The notes: generated from the letters alone by a model not told the origin. 64,000 bases of DNA from an uncultured Chloroflexia bacterium (GCA_963773405.1 CAVZAQ010000002.1:7116-71115); one strand, 5' to 3'. Numbered from the stretch's first letter, positions 29,624-41,616 are shown. Numbers and translations are program-made.

Positions 29624-30392
29624 CCCTCCTTCGCGCGATCGACGAGGACACCCAGTGGATAGACCTCGCTCACTTCGCGGAGATGTGCCATGGACTCGGG
29701 TGCCGTCATGTTCCAGCCCACCGGGCAGTTCGACAGGATCTCGACAAGCGCGAACCCCTCGCCGTTGAGCTGGGCGGTGAACGCCCGCTTGATCATGGCC
29801 TTGGTTTTGCCGATGTGCGACGGATCCGCCACGGAGCCGCGCGCGGCATAGGCGACACCGGGGAGCAGGGCGAGCATCTCGGTGATCTGGATCGGGAACC
29901 CGGCCAGCTGCGCGTCGCGCCCCATCGGGGACGAGGTCGTCTTCTGGCCCAGCAGGGTCGTCGGCGCCATCTGCCCGCCCGTCATCCCGTAGATTCCGTT
30001 GTTGACGAAGATCCCGCTGATCAGCTCGCCACGGGCGGCGGCATGCACGATCTCCGCGGTGCCGATGGCGGCAAGGTCACCGTCGCCCTGGTAGGTGAGC
30101 ACGAAGGCATCGGGACGGACGCGGCGGATGCCGGTCGCCACCGCGGGTGCCCGGCCGTGGGGGGCCTCGACCCAGTCGACGGCCAGGTACTCGTAGACGA
30201 ACACGGAGCAGCCGACGGGGGCGATGGCAATCGTTCGTGGTGCGAGGTCCAGCTCTTCGAGGAGCTCCGCAATGAGCCGATGGATGATGCCGTGGCCGCA
30301 GCCAGGGCAGTAGTGGCTTGACGTATCTACCAGCAGCTCCGGGCGGCGGAAGATCACCCGCTCCCCGGGGGACGGGTCTCGACGACGGTCAT
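29620..30392 (-). CDS. korB: 2-oxoacid:ferredoxin oxidoreductase beta subunit (TPP-binding)
   Basis: [16 protein letters not shown]...[21 protein letters not shown]...[16 protein letters not shown]. An ATG at 30392 forms an ATGA overlap with the korA stop, but it is out of frame by one base in a C5G4 run (about 30365). Alternatively an in-frame GTG at about 30354 is the start. Confidence 0.8.
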
Positions 30393-31513
30393 CGGGCGCC
30401 TCCGTTCGCGGCCAGCGCGTGGAGCGCCGCCACCACTTCATCGGGTGTGGGGACCATGCCGCCGGTGCGCCCGTGGAAGGCCACGGGCGATCGCCCCTCC
30501 ACGGCCAGCCGCACGTCCTCCACCATCTGGCCGGCAGAGAGCTCGACGACCAGGATGCCGCGCACCCGGGCGCTGAGGTCGCGTAGCTCGTCGCTCGGGA
30601 ACGGCCACAGCGAGATGGGCCGGAAGAGTCCGACGGAGAGACCCTCGTCGCGCGCCTGGGCCACCGCCGTGCGCGCCACGCGGGCCGCGGTGCCGTAGGC
30701 CACGATGGCCAGATCGGCGTCATCGAGCCGCTCCCCGGCCCAGCGCACCTCGCGGGCGGCGATCTCCGCGAACTTGGCCTGCAGGGCCTGGTTGTGGCGC
30801 TCGAGATCCTCGGGCGCCAGGTGCAGCGAGCGAACCACTCGCGGTGGCCGGCCCGCGGCACCGGTGAGCGCCCAGTCGAAGGCCTCGCGGTCCGGTGTCC
30901 GGAAGCTGAGGTCCACCGGCTCCATGGCCTGTCCCATGGTGCCGTCCGCCAGGATGATCACCGGCGTGCGGTAGTGCTCCGCCAGCTCGAAGCTTGTCGC
31001 GACCAGCTCAACCGCCTCGGAGATCGACGCGGGAGCGAGCACGGGCACCTTGTAGTCGCCGTGGCCGTGGCCCTTCACCGCCTGGAAGTAGTCGCTCTGG
31101 GACGGGCCAATGCTCCCCAGCCCGGGACCGCCGCGCATGACGTTGACGAGCACCATGGGCGTCTCGGAGCCGGCCATGTAGCTCATCGCCTCGGCCATCA
31201 GGCTCATCCCCGGGCTCGAGCTGGAGACCATCACCCGCGCCCCGGTGGCGGCGGCGCCGAGCGCCATGTTGATCGCACCCAGCTCGGATTCGGCCTGGAC
31301 GAAGACGCGACCCAGCTCGGGCATTCGCCGAGCCATCCACTCCAGCAGCTCCGCCTGCGGCGTGATGGGGTAGCCGAAGTACGCGTCGCAGCCGGCCTGG
31401 ATTGCCGCCTCGGCGATCGCCTCGTTGCCCTTCATGAGGACCCGCGCTCGCGGATCGCGGCCGGCGGCGTGTGGGCTGTTGCCGTTGCGGGATGGACGGA
31501 CCGTGGCGGTCAT
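30389..31513 (-). CDS. korA: 2-oxoacid:ferredoxin oxidoreductase alpha subunit
   Basis: [34 protein letters not shown]...[26 protein letters not shown]...[15 protein letters not shown]. Intact. The ATG is at 31513. Confidence 0.9.
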   Translation of the reverse strand: MTATVRPSRNGNSPHAAGRDPRARVLMKGNEAIAEAAIQAGCDAYFGYPITPQAELLEWMARRMPELGRVFVQAESELGAINMALGAAATGARVMVSSSSPGMSLMAEAMSYMAGSETPMVLVNVMRGGPGLGSIGPSQSDYFQAVKGHGHGDYKVPVLAPASISEAVELVATSFELAEHYRTPVIILADGTMGQAMEPVDLSFRTPDREAFDWALTGAAGRPPRVVRSLHLAPEDLERHNQALQAKFAEIAAREVRWAGERLDDADLAIVAYGTAARVARTAVAQARDEGLSVGLFRPISLWPFPSDELRDLSARVRGILVVELSAGQMVEDVRLAVEGRSPVAFHGRTGGMVPTPDEVVAALHALAANGGAR

Positions 31514-31788
31514 CTGCGTGCCTCCTTGCGCGGCGCGGCGTAGACGGTGAAGACCGCGTCGGGGCAGATCCGGGCGCAGAACGCGCAGCTCGTGCAGGCG
31601 CCGGCATCGGTCAGCCGGATGGGGTGGTAGCCCAGGACGTTGACCATCGACTCGTCCAGCGAGAGGCAGTCCTTGGGGCAGGCACCGATGCAGAGCTCGC
31701 AGCCCTTGCATCGGTCGGTAGCGATATCGAGCGGCGACCAGCTGGTTCGCCGCACATCGGTGGGAGCGCTCGGGAGGTTCACCGTCAT
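31510..31788 (-). CDS. korD: 4Fe-4S ferredoxin-type delta subunit of the oxidoreductase
   Basis: [12 protein letters not shown]...[12 protein letters not shown]: two CxxCxxCxxxCP motifs. The ATG is at 31788, and there is an ATGA-type overlap with korA. Confidence 0.85.
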   Translation of the reverse strand: MTVNLPSAPTDVRRTSWSPLDIATDRCKGCELCIGACPKDCLSLDESMVNVLGYHPIRLTDAGACTSCAFCARICPDAVFTVYAAPRKEARR

Positions 31789-31921
31789 GCGTGGCTCTCC
31801 AGTGACGATCGCAGCCCCGATCCGGGGGCCGGACCGGACCAAACCAGCGTCGGATCCGTTGCCAGCTCAGACAAGGGCCGAACGGCCTGCCGAAGGTGAT
31901 CCGATGCGCGCCGCGCTCGAC

Positions 31922-32566
31922 CTATGTCGGAGGGAGGCGAAGCTGCCGTCGAGCTTCCATGACCGAGAGCGCCGCGGTGGCGGCCATCCAGGCCAGGAGC
32001 AGCGCGAGCAGGATTCGGCCCACCACGAGCGATGTTCCGTTAAGGCCGCTGCCGGAGCCACCGGTGCTGATCCGGCCGGCAAGCTTGGCCAGCGACGTCA
32101 CCTCGGCGCTCATGGCGTCGAGATCGGCCCGCGAGGTCGTGAGGTTGGCGGCCGTCGTGCGCAGCGCATCCGCCACCGATGTTGCCCGTTTCGCAAGCTC
32201 GCTGAAGCGTGGAACGAGGCTGGCGAAGGGCCGGACCCCGAGGAACTCGACCCCCGAGGCCGTGGCCAGGTCGGCCATCGACTGGCTCAGCGCATCGGTC
32301 ATATCCGCCGTGCTCGTCGCCGTGTGTTGTGCGTCGTCGAGCGTTCCTCCGGCGGAAGCCAGGGTTGCCTGGGCGCGCTCGAGCGCCCGCTCCGCCTCGT
32401 CCACCGTGCGCGACAGGGCCCGCGTCTGCGAGCCGATGGGATCGAGCGGCGCACCGGTCCCGATGCTCAGTACGACGGCGATGGCGGGAACCGTGAGCAG
32501 GAGGCCCATCACTCCCAGGGCGGCCCGCGCCCGCAGAAGGCCGCGGCTCGCCGGGTGGAATGTCAT
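31922..32566 (-). CDS. Hypothetical membrane protein: N- and C-terminal TM segments with a coiled-coil-like middle
   Basis: MTFHPASRGLLRARAALGVMGLLLTVPAIAVVL...LVVGRILLALLLAWMAATAAL. No family recognised. Confidence 0.5.
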   Translation of the reverse strand: MTFHPASRGLLRARAALGVMGLLLTVPAIAVVLSIGTGAPLDPIGSQTRALSRTVDEAERALERAQATLASAGGTLDDAQHTATSTADMTDALSQSMADLATASGVEFLGVRPFASLVPRFSELAKRATSVADALRTTAANLTTSRADLDAMSAEVTSLAKLAGRISTGGSGSGLNGTSLVVGRILLALLLAWMAATAALSVMEARRQLRLPPT

Positions 32567-32822
32567 CGGTGGAGTATGGGGTCCCGGCGCAGCAGGATCC
32601 AAGCCGTGGCGCTTGTAAACGCCGTTCATGACGGCCCCGGGCGAATCGTGGGCAGCAACGGAGGGTCACATCGATCCGGCGAAGGTCCCGGTCGCGACTG
32701 GGACTCACCGGCTCATTGGTCCCCTCACCGCACGGGACCACAGCGCTACAGACCTCATCGGGGATCAGCCGTACGGTGCGTATGTCACCCCAAGGCAGGG
32801 AACTGAACCACCGGAGCGTCCC

Positions 32823-33771
32823 ATGTCCGAACCGCTGCTGCATCCAACCAGATCCCGCCGGCCCATTGCGCGAGCCGCTTCGCTCGCGGGCATCACGCTG
32901 CTCACCGCGGCGCTCCTGGCCTGGACGCCGGGCCTGGTGGCCGGGTGGAACCAGAGCGGAGCCGAGGCGACCCTCTGGCAGCTGATGAACGGCGACCGCG
33001 TGAACAACGGGGTCAAGCCCATCCAGCAGAACGCCACGCTGGTGAGCATTGCCCGATGGCGCAGCAAGGACATGATCGTCAACGACTATTTCAGCCACAA
33101 CATCCCCGCCTGCGGTGGGTGCCTGGTCTTCCACTATTACGACACCAACGGGCTCTCCTATTCGTGGGCGGGCGAGAACATCGGCTGGAACAACGGCTAC
33201 TCGGATGCCGACTCGCCGGTGCATATCAACACCGACTTCATGAACTCGCCCGACCATCGGGCCAACATCCTCAACCCGGTCTGGACGCACGGCGGCATTG
33301 GCGCCTATGGCGCTGACAACATCACCTGGGGCGGGAAGCTCCGAAACCCGCGCATGTACACCGAGCTGTTCATGCAGGCCAAGACATCGACCGCGCCCGA
33401 AGCCGACCCCCAAGCCGACGCCCAAGCCGACCCCCAAGCCGACGCCGAAGCCGACCCCCGTCCCGAGCGCCCCATCGTCGAACGGTCCCACAGCCACGCC
33501 CGCTGCGTCCGGGGCGGCCAGCACGCCACCGTCGACGCCAAGCGCCACGCCCACCTCCAGCCCGGTCGTTCCCCTTGGCGCCGCGGCAGTGCTGCGCATC
33601 GGTGACCCATGGCAGGTTCCGGCCACCTTCGTCGCCCGCGACCCGTCGACACCGTACCCGCTGGGGGCCACCGAGGTGGCATCGCAGTACCGCATCGACG
33701 CCGCACCCCCCACCAACCGGGGCTTCTTCGACGCCGTGATCGGCAACCTGCTGGGGATCTTCCTGGGCTGA
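32823..33771 (+). pseudogene. CAP/SCP (PR-1-like) domain secreted protein with a (KPTP)n linker and C-terminal anchor; one frameshift near 33390
   Basis: The CAP core is IARWRSKDMIVNDYFSH...YSWAGENIGWNNGY...FMNSPDHRANILNPVWTHGGIG. After ...ELFMQAKTSTAP the sensible reading is in the frame of ORF 33298..33771: KPTPKPTPKPTPKPTPKPTPVPS...[15 protein letters not shown]. There is an extra C in a CCC run. Confidence 0.75.
33400..33459 (+). repeat. 12-nt tandem repeat x5 (AAGCCGACSCCS), encoding (KPTP)5
   Basis: AAGCCGACCCCC / AAGCCGACGCCC alternate head to tail five times. Confidence 0.85.
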
Positions 33772-33823
33772 CCGATCTTCCGGCCACGGCCAACGCGGCG
33801 TGGCTCGGCTATCCTGTCCCGAA

Positions 33824-34571
33824 ATGCCCCTGATCCTCGAGGCCCATGACCTCGTCAAGCGCTACCCGCTGGGGGAGCGCGAGGTCGAGGCCCTGCGCGG
33901 CGTGTCGCTCTCCGTGGCGAGCGGCGAGTTCGTGGCGATCATGGGCTCCTCGGGCTCGGGGAAGTCCACCATGCTGCACCTGCTCGGCGGCCTGGACCTT
34001 CCCACCAGCGGCGAGGTCGTGATCGACGGCGTCAGCCTCAGCGGGCTCGAACGAGGAGCAGCGGACCCTGACCCGTCGCGCCAAGACCGGATTCGTGTTC
34101 CAGTACTTCAACCTGATCCCGCTCCTGACGGTGAGCGAGAACGTCGCCCTCCCCTTCCTGATCGCCGGAGAGCCAATGGCGGCGCACCAGGCGCGGGTGG
34201 CCCAGGTGCTCGAGCTGGTTGGCCTGGCCGGCAAGGCGCACAACAGCCCCGACCAGCTCTCGGCAGGCGAGCAGCAGCGGGTGGCCCTGGCGCGTGCGCT
34301 GGCCACGGCGCCGGCCCTGCTCCTGGCCGATGAGCCGACCGGCAACCTGGACTACACGACGGGAGCCGAGATCCTGGGCCTGCTGTGGGACTCCTGCGAG
34401 CGGCTGGGCCAGACCATCATGCTCGTGACGCACGACGCCCGCGCGGCCGCGTACGCGGACCGGGTGCTCGTGGTGCAGGACGGCCTCATCCTCGAGGAGA
34501 TCGCGCTCGGCCGGCGGGCCGACCATGCGGCCGCGCCGCTCATCCGCAGGCTTGCCGAGCTCGGCCTGTGA
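33824..34571 (+). pseudogene. ABC transporter ATP-binding protein (MacB/LolD-type) with one frameshift near 34050
   Basis: The Walker A motif GSSGSGKST is in ORF 33800..34333. After ...VSLSGL the protein continues in ORF 34095..34571: [24 protein letters not shown]...[15 protein letters not shown]...[12 protein letters not shown]...MLVTHD. Confidence 0.85.
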
Positions 34572-34584
34572 TCGCCGTGAGCCG

Positions 34585-37148
34585 ATGCGCCTGAGCGACC
34601 TCGCATGGCGGGGCATGGCGGCGCGGCCCCTGCGCACGGCGCTCACCATCCTGGGCATCGCGCTGGGCGTCGCGATCATCTCCGCGACGCTGGTTGCGAA
34701 TCAGGCCGCAACCGACGCCGTGCAACGGGCGGCCACGGAGCTCTTCGGCCGGGCCGACCTGCGGGTGCGTGCCTTCTCCGATGTCGGGCTCACCGCGCGT
34801 GCGGTCACGACCCTGCGAGGGCTTCCCGGCGTCACGGCTGCCGCCGCATTGACCGAGCGCCGCCTCCAGCTCTCCACGCTCCCGGGACCTAACGAGCAGG
34901 TCTTCAGCGGAATGCTCGTGGTCGGCATCGACCCCGCGGACGACCTGGCCGTGCGCGATCCGCATCTCGCCGGCGGCACGTACCTGTCCCCTGCGGGCGG
35001 CGACCAGGTCCTGGTCAACGCGCTATGGGCGTCGGACCACCACCTCGAGCTGGGTGACCAGCTGCTCCTCTCGGGCGCGAAGCCGGGAGCCGCCGCGCTC
35101 ACCATCGTGGGCCTCCTCGACGACGTCGGATTCGGCGCCCTCGGGTCGGGGGCGGTCGTGGTCATGCCCCGCGCGACGATTGAGGATCAGCTCGCCGGTG
35201 ACAACACCACGATCGTCGTCGCGCCGGTGACCTCCGTGGACCTCGTCATCGCCCCCGGCCAGATGGCCACCGTCCAGAACGCTCTCGACCGCTCGCTCGA
35301 CGAGCCGTTCGTGGTTGAGACGGTTGCCACGGCGACGGCCCAGCTGCAGCGTGCCCAGGACGGCTTTGCGGGGATCGCGTTCCTCTTCGGGCTGGTGGCC
35401 CTGGCGGTGGGCGGGTTCCTGGTCGCGAACACCATGAGCATGACCCTGAGCGAGCGAAGCCGCGAGATTGGCCTCTTGCGCGCGGCCGGGACAACCAGCC
35501 GCCAGATCCTGGGCATCTTCGGGCGGCAGGCCCTGGCGCTGGGCGTCATCGGCTCCGTGCTGGGGATCCTCCTCGGCATCGCGGTGGCGGCCGCGATGAT
35601 CGGCTTTCTGCGCAGCACGCGCGCCGTCCTCATCGACGGGCTTCCGCTCAACCCGCTCTCGCTTCTGCTCTCCCTGGCCGTCGGGTCGGGGTGACGACGG
35701 CGGCTGCCGGTGTCCCGGCCCTGCTTGCCGCACGGGTGGGTCCCCTCGATGCGCTGCGCCCGTCGAGGCAGCCGGTGCGCAGCCTGCGCGACCGCCTGCG
35801 ATGGCTCCTGGCTCTCGAGCTGGTGCTGCTCCTCGTGGGCCTCGCCACGTATCCGCTGTCGCGCGGCAGCGCGTCCCTGCCGGCTGTGCTGCTGGCGGTC
35901 GCGATCCTCGTCGCCGGTGCGGGAGTCACCGCGCTCGCCGTTGCGCCCCTCGGCTGGGTCGTCGGGCGGCCCTTCGAGTGGTTCTTTGGTGCGGAGGGGC
36001 TGCTTGGGCGCGTAAACCTGGGTCGCGATCGGGCGCGGAGCGGTCTCACCGTGGGTGCGTTGCTGATCGGGTTGGCGGCGGTGATGGCGCTGGGCACCGT
36101 CGCGGAGACGGCGCGCGGCACGGCGCAGCGCTGGGTCGACTCCGTCCTGCCGGGCGGGTACGGGATCCGAACCGGGATCCCCGTGGGCCAGGCGGACATT
36201 GGCGACACGCTGAATGCCACGGACGGCCTCCAGGTCGCGACGCCCATCGTCGAGTTCGCGGCGGTCCAGGTCCGCGACGGGCAGCGGACAGAGGTGCCGG
36301 CCGCGGGGATCGATCCGCAGGTCTACGCTCAGACCGGCTCGCTCATCTTCACCAGCGGAGAGCGCGACGCCGCGTTCGACGGCACTTGCAGCGCGGGAGG
36401 CGCGGTGCTCGTGCCCGCGTCCGCCGCCGCCCGGGATGGCCTTGCCGTCGGGAGCCAGGTGATGGTGGGTCTTCCCGGGGAGAGACCGACCGTGGCCTTC
36501 GAGGTTGCGGGGATCGTCGCCTATTCGATTCCGTCCCAGAGCGGGGACGGGGACCTCCTGTTCAGCCTCGCTGATGCACAGGAGACGTTCCACGCCTCGG
36601 ATGCGTCGCTCTGGGCGCTGGCGCCCAAGCCGGGCGTGGATCCGGCTGCCTTCCGCGAGGCGGTCGTTGCGACGGCCTCGGCCCTGGCCGCGCAGCCCAT
36701 CACCGCCGCCGACCTCGCCGAGAACCTGTCGCGTTCACTGGATCGGCTGGTGGGTCTCTTTGACGCGCTCGCCTTCATCTCCGTGTTCATCGCGGGCCTG
36801 GGCATCGTGAACACGCTCTCCGTGGGCGTCATCGAACGCGTGCGCGAGATCGCCATCCTGCGCTCCCACGGGATGACCGTCCGCCAGGTGCAGTCCATGG
36901 TGGTCGCGGAGGGCAGCCATCATGGGGACCATCGGGGGCCTCGCTGCCGCGGGCGTCTCGGGCTGCTGGTCGCGTGGACACTGGTCTCGGTGGGGACCGT
37001 GTCGGATTTCGGCGGGATCGCCGTCCCCTGGGTGCTGCTGGTGATCATTGTGCTGCTGGGAACGGGCGTGGCGGCGCTTGCCGGGATCTATCCGGCCCGA
37101 CTGGCCGCCAGGCTCCCTATCGTCGGCAGCCTGCGGCACTTCGAATGA
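34585..37148 (+). pseudogene. Double-FtsX-domain ABC permease (about 850 aa), split by a frameshift near 35683 and carrying a compensated shift pair near 36905-36965
   Basis: ORF 34525..35694 ends ...LSLAVGSG*. The next frame continues VTTAAAGVPALLAARVGPLDALR, the typical FtsX C-terminal motif, so this is one gene. Later MVVAEG[SHHGDHRGPRCRGRLG]LLVAWTL reads AAIMGTIGGLAAAGVSG in the alternative frame. Confidence 0.8.
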
Positions 37149-37181
37149 GGTACAAATGAGGAGACGAGGAGGCACACACGG

Positions 37182-37610
37182 ATGAGCACGGGTCTGCGAC
37201 GCGCCACCATCGGAAGGACCTTCGTCGGGCGGCTGCCCACGGACAGCGACCTGGTGCAGGAGGTCGAGCGGTTTTGCGCCGAGCAAGGGATCGAAGCCGC
37301 CTGGGTGAACGCGGTGGGGGCGGTGCAGCATCTCGAGTACGCCTTCTACAACCAGCGACCGCTCCGGTACGAGGAGCTGCGCTCGGACAGCTCACCACGA
37401 GATGGCGGGCTTCGTGGGTAACGTCTCGCTCCGTGACGGCAGGCCGATGCTCCACGCACACGCGAGCTTTGGCGATGACCAGGGGCGGCGGCGACGGGCC
37501 ATATCCGCGCCGGGACGGTGGTCTGGATGGTCGAGGTCGAGATCCGCGAGCTGACCGACATCTCGCTGGCCCGGGAACACGACGAGCGCACAGGCCTGGC
37601 GCTCTGGTAA
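37182..37610 (+). pseudogene. PPC/DUF296-domain protein with 2 or more frameshifts
   Basis: MSTGLRRATIGRTFVGRLPTDSDLVQEVERFCAEQGIEAAWVNAVGAV, then HEMAGFVGNVSLRDGRPMLHAHASFGDD, then GHIRAGTVVWMVEVEIRELT...LALW* (TAA at 37608-37610), in three frames. Confidence 0.6.
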
Positions 37611-37643
37611 CGCCGCGCGCTCCTCGCAGGATCGCGAGCCTAC

Positions 37644-39760
37644 GAGTCTCCGATGGCGATGGCAGTCGGCCAGGATCCAGGGACCCGTGGCCATCCTGCG
37701 GTCGTCCGAGCAGGTAGCCCTGGCCGTAGTCGACGCCGAGCGAACGCAGCATCTTGAGCTCGGCAATGGTCTCTATGCCCTCAGCGATGAGGCGCATCTC
37801 CGCGCTTTGCGGCGAAGTGCGCCATCCCCGCCACGAGCGCCTGGCGGGCGGGGTCGGTCTCGATGCCGCGGATGAGGCCCAGGTCGAGCTTCACGAACGA
37901 CGGCGCCAGCTCGAGGATGTGGCGCAGGCTCGCGTAGCCCGCTCCGGCGTCATCGACCGCGAGGCCGATATCGGGGCCAAGCGACGCGATATCAGCACGA
38001 AGGACTGCGTAGTCCTCCACGATCGCATGCTCGGTGATCTCGAGGACGACCGATCGCTGCATGCCGGCCAGGACGATGGCCAGGGCCCCTGTGCTGACGA
38101 GGGCAGGCGATGCGTTGAGGCTCAGGTATGCGCCCGGCGGCAGCGCCCCCGCCGCGGCCGAGATGGCTGCGCGAAGCGTGGCCATCTCGAGCTCGATGCC
38201 GAGCCCGGATCGGACCGCCGCGGCGAACTGGGCGTCCGGCGGCACGCCATTGGTGAAGCGGCTGAGCGCCTCGTAGCCGACGACCGACCCGGTGGCGACC
38301 TCGACGATCGGCTGGAAGAAGGGTGCGAAGGCCCCGGTATCTACGATCGTCTGGATGCGGGCGCGCTGATCGTCCTGCGATGCCGGTGTTCCATGCCAGG
38401 CGTAACGAGCGCCCCGATGATCGACCCAAAGGTCACCAGTGACGGAAGCCGCTCGATGAGCTCCACGGCCGTTCGCTGGATCGTGAGTGCCCATGCCGAT
38501 GACGCCCACGACACCGTGGATGCCGAGGAGCGGGGCGTAGACCGCGAGCGCGAGACCCGTATCGTCGATTGTCGTGTCGCGCGCCTTTGATTTGGGATGG
38601 AGCGCCGTTCTGTCCGCCCATGGGCCTGCCGACGCGCGTTCGAGCAGGTAGCGGGCGCGCTCCTTTGGAAGTGGCTGACCAGAATGGGAGATCCCCTCGA
38701 CACGCCCCATGACGGCCAGGACCCGCCCATGGTCCTCTCCGAGGTCCAATGCCCAGGCTGTGTCGACCGCGCTGAGCCGCACCAACTCCGCACAGACCGC
38801 CGCCGCGATTGCCTCGGGCGAGCCTCCCGGGTCAATCTTGGCCAGGGTCGTCGCTATCGAATCACGCTCATGGGCATATTGTTCGAGGGCACGTTCGATC
38901 TGGCGCTCGTGGGTGATGTCGCGATCGGTCTGGAGATAGCCCGCGAACTGGCCTTCGCGGTCACGGATGGCCGAGATGACCGATGCGACTTCGATCTCGC
39001 TGGCGTCCTTGCGCCGATTGACGATCCTGCCGCTCCAGGTTTTTCCAGCAGCAGCGTTGGCCCAGATGGCGGCAAAGAACGCTTCATCCTGGTGGCCGCT
39101 GTCGACGATCGTCCCGGGTTTGCCGACGATTTCGTGCGGCGCGTAGCCGTAGGCGTGCGTGAAGGCGGCGTTGACGTAGGTGACCACGCCGTTGGCGTCC
39201 TGCATCCAGATCGCATCGGCCGTTTGCTCGACCGCCGAGATCAGGCGCGTGCGCTCTGCCTCGGACGCGCGCCGCACGCTGATGTCCCGGATCGCGGCCG
39301 TGATCAAAGTCCCGTTGGGACTCTCGAGCGGGCTGAGCATGATCTCGATCGGGAACTCGGTGCCATCCCTGCGTCGTCCGGACAGCTCGATGCCCGTACC
39401 GATCTGCTGCTCCAGAGCCTCAGCCGGAGATCGTGAGCCGTCGGCGGTCAGCCGTTCCGCGAAGCCAGCCGGGATGAGGTTGGCGATTGGCTGCCCGACC
39501 AGCTCGTCCCGCCGGTAGCCGAACTGGCTCTCTGCCCGAGCGTTCAGGAGGACGATCTCCCCGCTCTCGCTCACCACCACCATGCCGTCGGGCGCGGCCT
39601 CCAGGAGGCCACGGTAGCGGGCTTCGCTGCGCCGCAGGTTGGCCGCCTCACGCTCGGATGGGACGGCTCCGTCGGCGCCTGGGCTGGACGACACGGATAA
39701 CCCCCGCTCCCCGGGCACGCTATGGCTCTGATCATCAAATGCCCGAGGGTTAGGAAGCAT
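37644..39760 (-). pseudogene. Second PAS / GAF-like / EAL phosphodiesterase, a paralogue of 5421..8414, with 3 or more frame corrections
   Basis: ORF 37781..39760 carries the PAS repeats and FFQPIVEV...GYEALSRF...LEITEH...AVDDAGAGYASLRHI. The final EAL motifs (LIAEGIETIAELKMLRSLGVDYGQGYLLGRP) are in ORF 37117..37797. The stretch ANGRGAHRAASVTG...TPASQ reads ELIERLPSLVTFGSIIGALV in another frame, parallel to the paralogue. The 3' end is uncertain. Confidence 0.75.
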
Positions 39761-39969
39761 AGTCCTATTGGATTCAGCGTGGATTCCTCGTCTCCTGGGA
39801 ACTGGGGGTGATGAGCGAGCTCACAGAGCGCACTCACGGCGCGCATTCACGGCGTGGATTCGCATGCTGCCATTCTTCGTTGACCTCCGGGCGTACGCTC
39901 TGAAAACCGAAGCGACGTGGAGAGAGGCGATGCCGCAGCGATTGATCAAGGGTCTGGGCGGCGGTACAC

Positions 39970-41355
39970 GTGAGGTTGCGAGCCGCGACCCTCGACGCCC
40001 TCGCGGCGAGCCTGGACGGCTCGCTGCTGTACCCCGGGGACGAGGGATTTGCCGAGGCGACCAGCCTCTGGAACGGGATGATCAAGAAGCAGCCGGCCAT
40101 CGTGGTTCGGGCCGGGTCAACGCAGGACGTGGTGCGAACCGTCGACTTCGTCCGTGACAGCCAGCTCGAGCTGTCGATCAAGGGAGGTGGGCACAACATC
40201 GCGGGCCTGGCGCTGACCGATGGTGGCGTGACGCTCGACATGTCGGGGCTCACCGATGTTCACGTGGACGTGGATGCCAGCGTGGCGAGGGTCGGCCCGG
40301 GCTGCACGCTCGGCGACGTGGACCGAGCCACCCAGGAACATGGGCTGGCTGCGACCTTCGGCTTCGTCTCGGCGACCGGCGTGGCCGGGCTGACCCTTGG
40401 CGGAGGGTTCGGCTACCTGAGCCGTCGCTTCGGTTGGACGATCGACGACCTGCAGGAGGTCGAACTCGTGACCGCGGATGGGGTGGTGCGTCGCAGCTCG
40501 CGCCTCGAGAACCCCGACCTCTTCTGGGCCCTCCAGGGCGGCGGTGGCAACTTCGGCGTCGTGACGGAATTCGTCTTCAATCTGCATCCGGTCGGCCCAA
40601 ACGTGATGGCCGGCCTCATCGCCTGGCCGGCCAGCGAGGCCGAGGGTGTGCTTGCGCTCTTCAAGCGGATCACTGCATCGGCGCCCCGCGAGTTGACGCT
40701 CGCCGTTCTGATGCGCAATGCGCCTCCGGCGCCGTGGCTACCCGAGGAGGCGCACGGCACGCCGATCATTGCTGTGGTCGTGTGCCATTCAGGCAGTCTC
40801 GAGCAGGCGCAGGCGGACCTGGCGCCAATCAAGTCCCACGCACGCCCGCTGGCCGATCTGGTACAGGTGAAGCCGTATCTCGCCCAGCAGTCCATGCTCG
40901 ACGCAACGCAGCCCAAGGGGATGCACTACTACTGGAAATCGGAGTTCCTGCCGAGCCTGAGCGACGAGGTCCTGGAAACGTACAAGGCGCAATTCATCGA
41001 CAACAAGGCACCCGCCAACCAGATCGTCCTGTTTCACGTTGCGGGGGCGCCGAACGATCATCCGGAGGACGACGGAGCGATGGGGAACCGCGATGCCGCC
41101 TTCGCCTGCGTCATCCAGGCGATGTGGGCCAAGGGAGACCCCGCTGGCGATGCGCATCGGGCGTGGGTGCGCACGGCATGGGAGGCGCTGAAGCCGTACT
41201 CCACCGGCGGCAACTACGTGAACTTCCAGACAGAGGACGAGCCGGACGCTCGGACGGCCGAGTCCTACCGATCGAACCTGCAACGCCTCGCAGCGGCGAA
41301 GGCGACGTACGACCCGTCGAATCTATTCCGCGTCAACCGGAACATTCGGCCCTAG
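39970..41355 (+). CDS. FAD-linked oxidase of the BBE/PCMH family
   Basis: GTG start. IVVRAGSTQDVVRTVDFVRDSQLELSIKGGGHNIAG...GGGFGYLSRRFG...WALQGGGGNFGVVTEF...C-terminal YDPSNLFRVNRNI (BBE motif). Intact. It is the last gene before the tRNA-associated insertions. Confidence 0.9.
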   Translation: MRLRAATLDALAASLDGSLLYPGDEGFAEATSLWNGMIKKQPAIVVRAGSTQDVVRTVDFVRDSQLELSIKGGGHNIAGLALTDGGVTLDMSGLTDVHVDVDASVARVGPGCTLGDVDRATQEHGLAATFGFVSATGVAGLTLGGGFGYLSRRFGWTIDDLQEVELVTADGVVRRSSRLENPDLFWALQGGGGNFGVVTEFVFNLHPVGPNVMAGLIAWPASEAEGVLALFKRITASAPRELTLAVLMRNAPPAPWLPEEAHGTPIIAVVVCHSGSLEQAQADLAPIKSHARPLADLVQVKPYLAQQSMLDATQPKGMHYYWKSEFLPSLSDEVLETYKAQFIDNKAPANQIVLFHVAGAPNDHPEDDGAMGNRDAAFACVIQAMWAKGDPAGDAHRAWVRTAWEALKPYSTGGNYVNFQTEDEPDARTAESYRSNLQRLAAAKATYDPSNLFRVNRNIRP

Positions 41356-41390
41356 CTCAACCGCCGCGAGTAGGTAGATCTCGACTTCGC

Positions 41391-41554
41391 GGCGCTGTGC
41401 GTACAATGCCTTGTCCAGTGTTCCGCTCTCTTTGAGCGTGAAGCGCGCGCCCGTAGCTCAGCGGACAGAGCGGATGGCTTCGGACCAAATCGGCTGATGC
41501 GCTGTGGTTCGAGCGTGACCTTCCGAACGAAACGGGTCGAGTTATCCGCTGTGT
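41391..41554 (+). repeat. Repeat unit 1: promoter-like box plus leader, truncated tRNA-Arg(UCG) 5' half (41447-41487) and a divergent tail
   Basis: GGCGCTGTGCGTACAATG...TTTGAGCGTGAAGC then GCGCCCGTAGCTCAGCGGACAGAGCGGATGGCTTCGGACCA, which is 41 nt identical to 46500-46540. Homology to the tRNA stops after GGACCA. The tail ends CGAGTTATCCGCTGTGT. Confidence 0.85.
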
Positions 41555-41616
41555 CGTAGCGCCGATGGGATGCATACCGCCGTGATGTCCAGCACCTGCC
41601 GCTGGCCTGCGACGGC

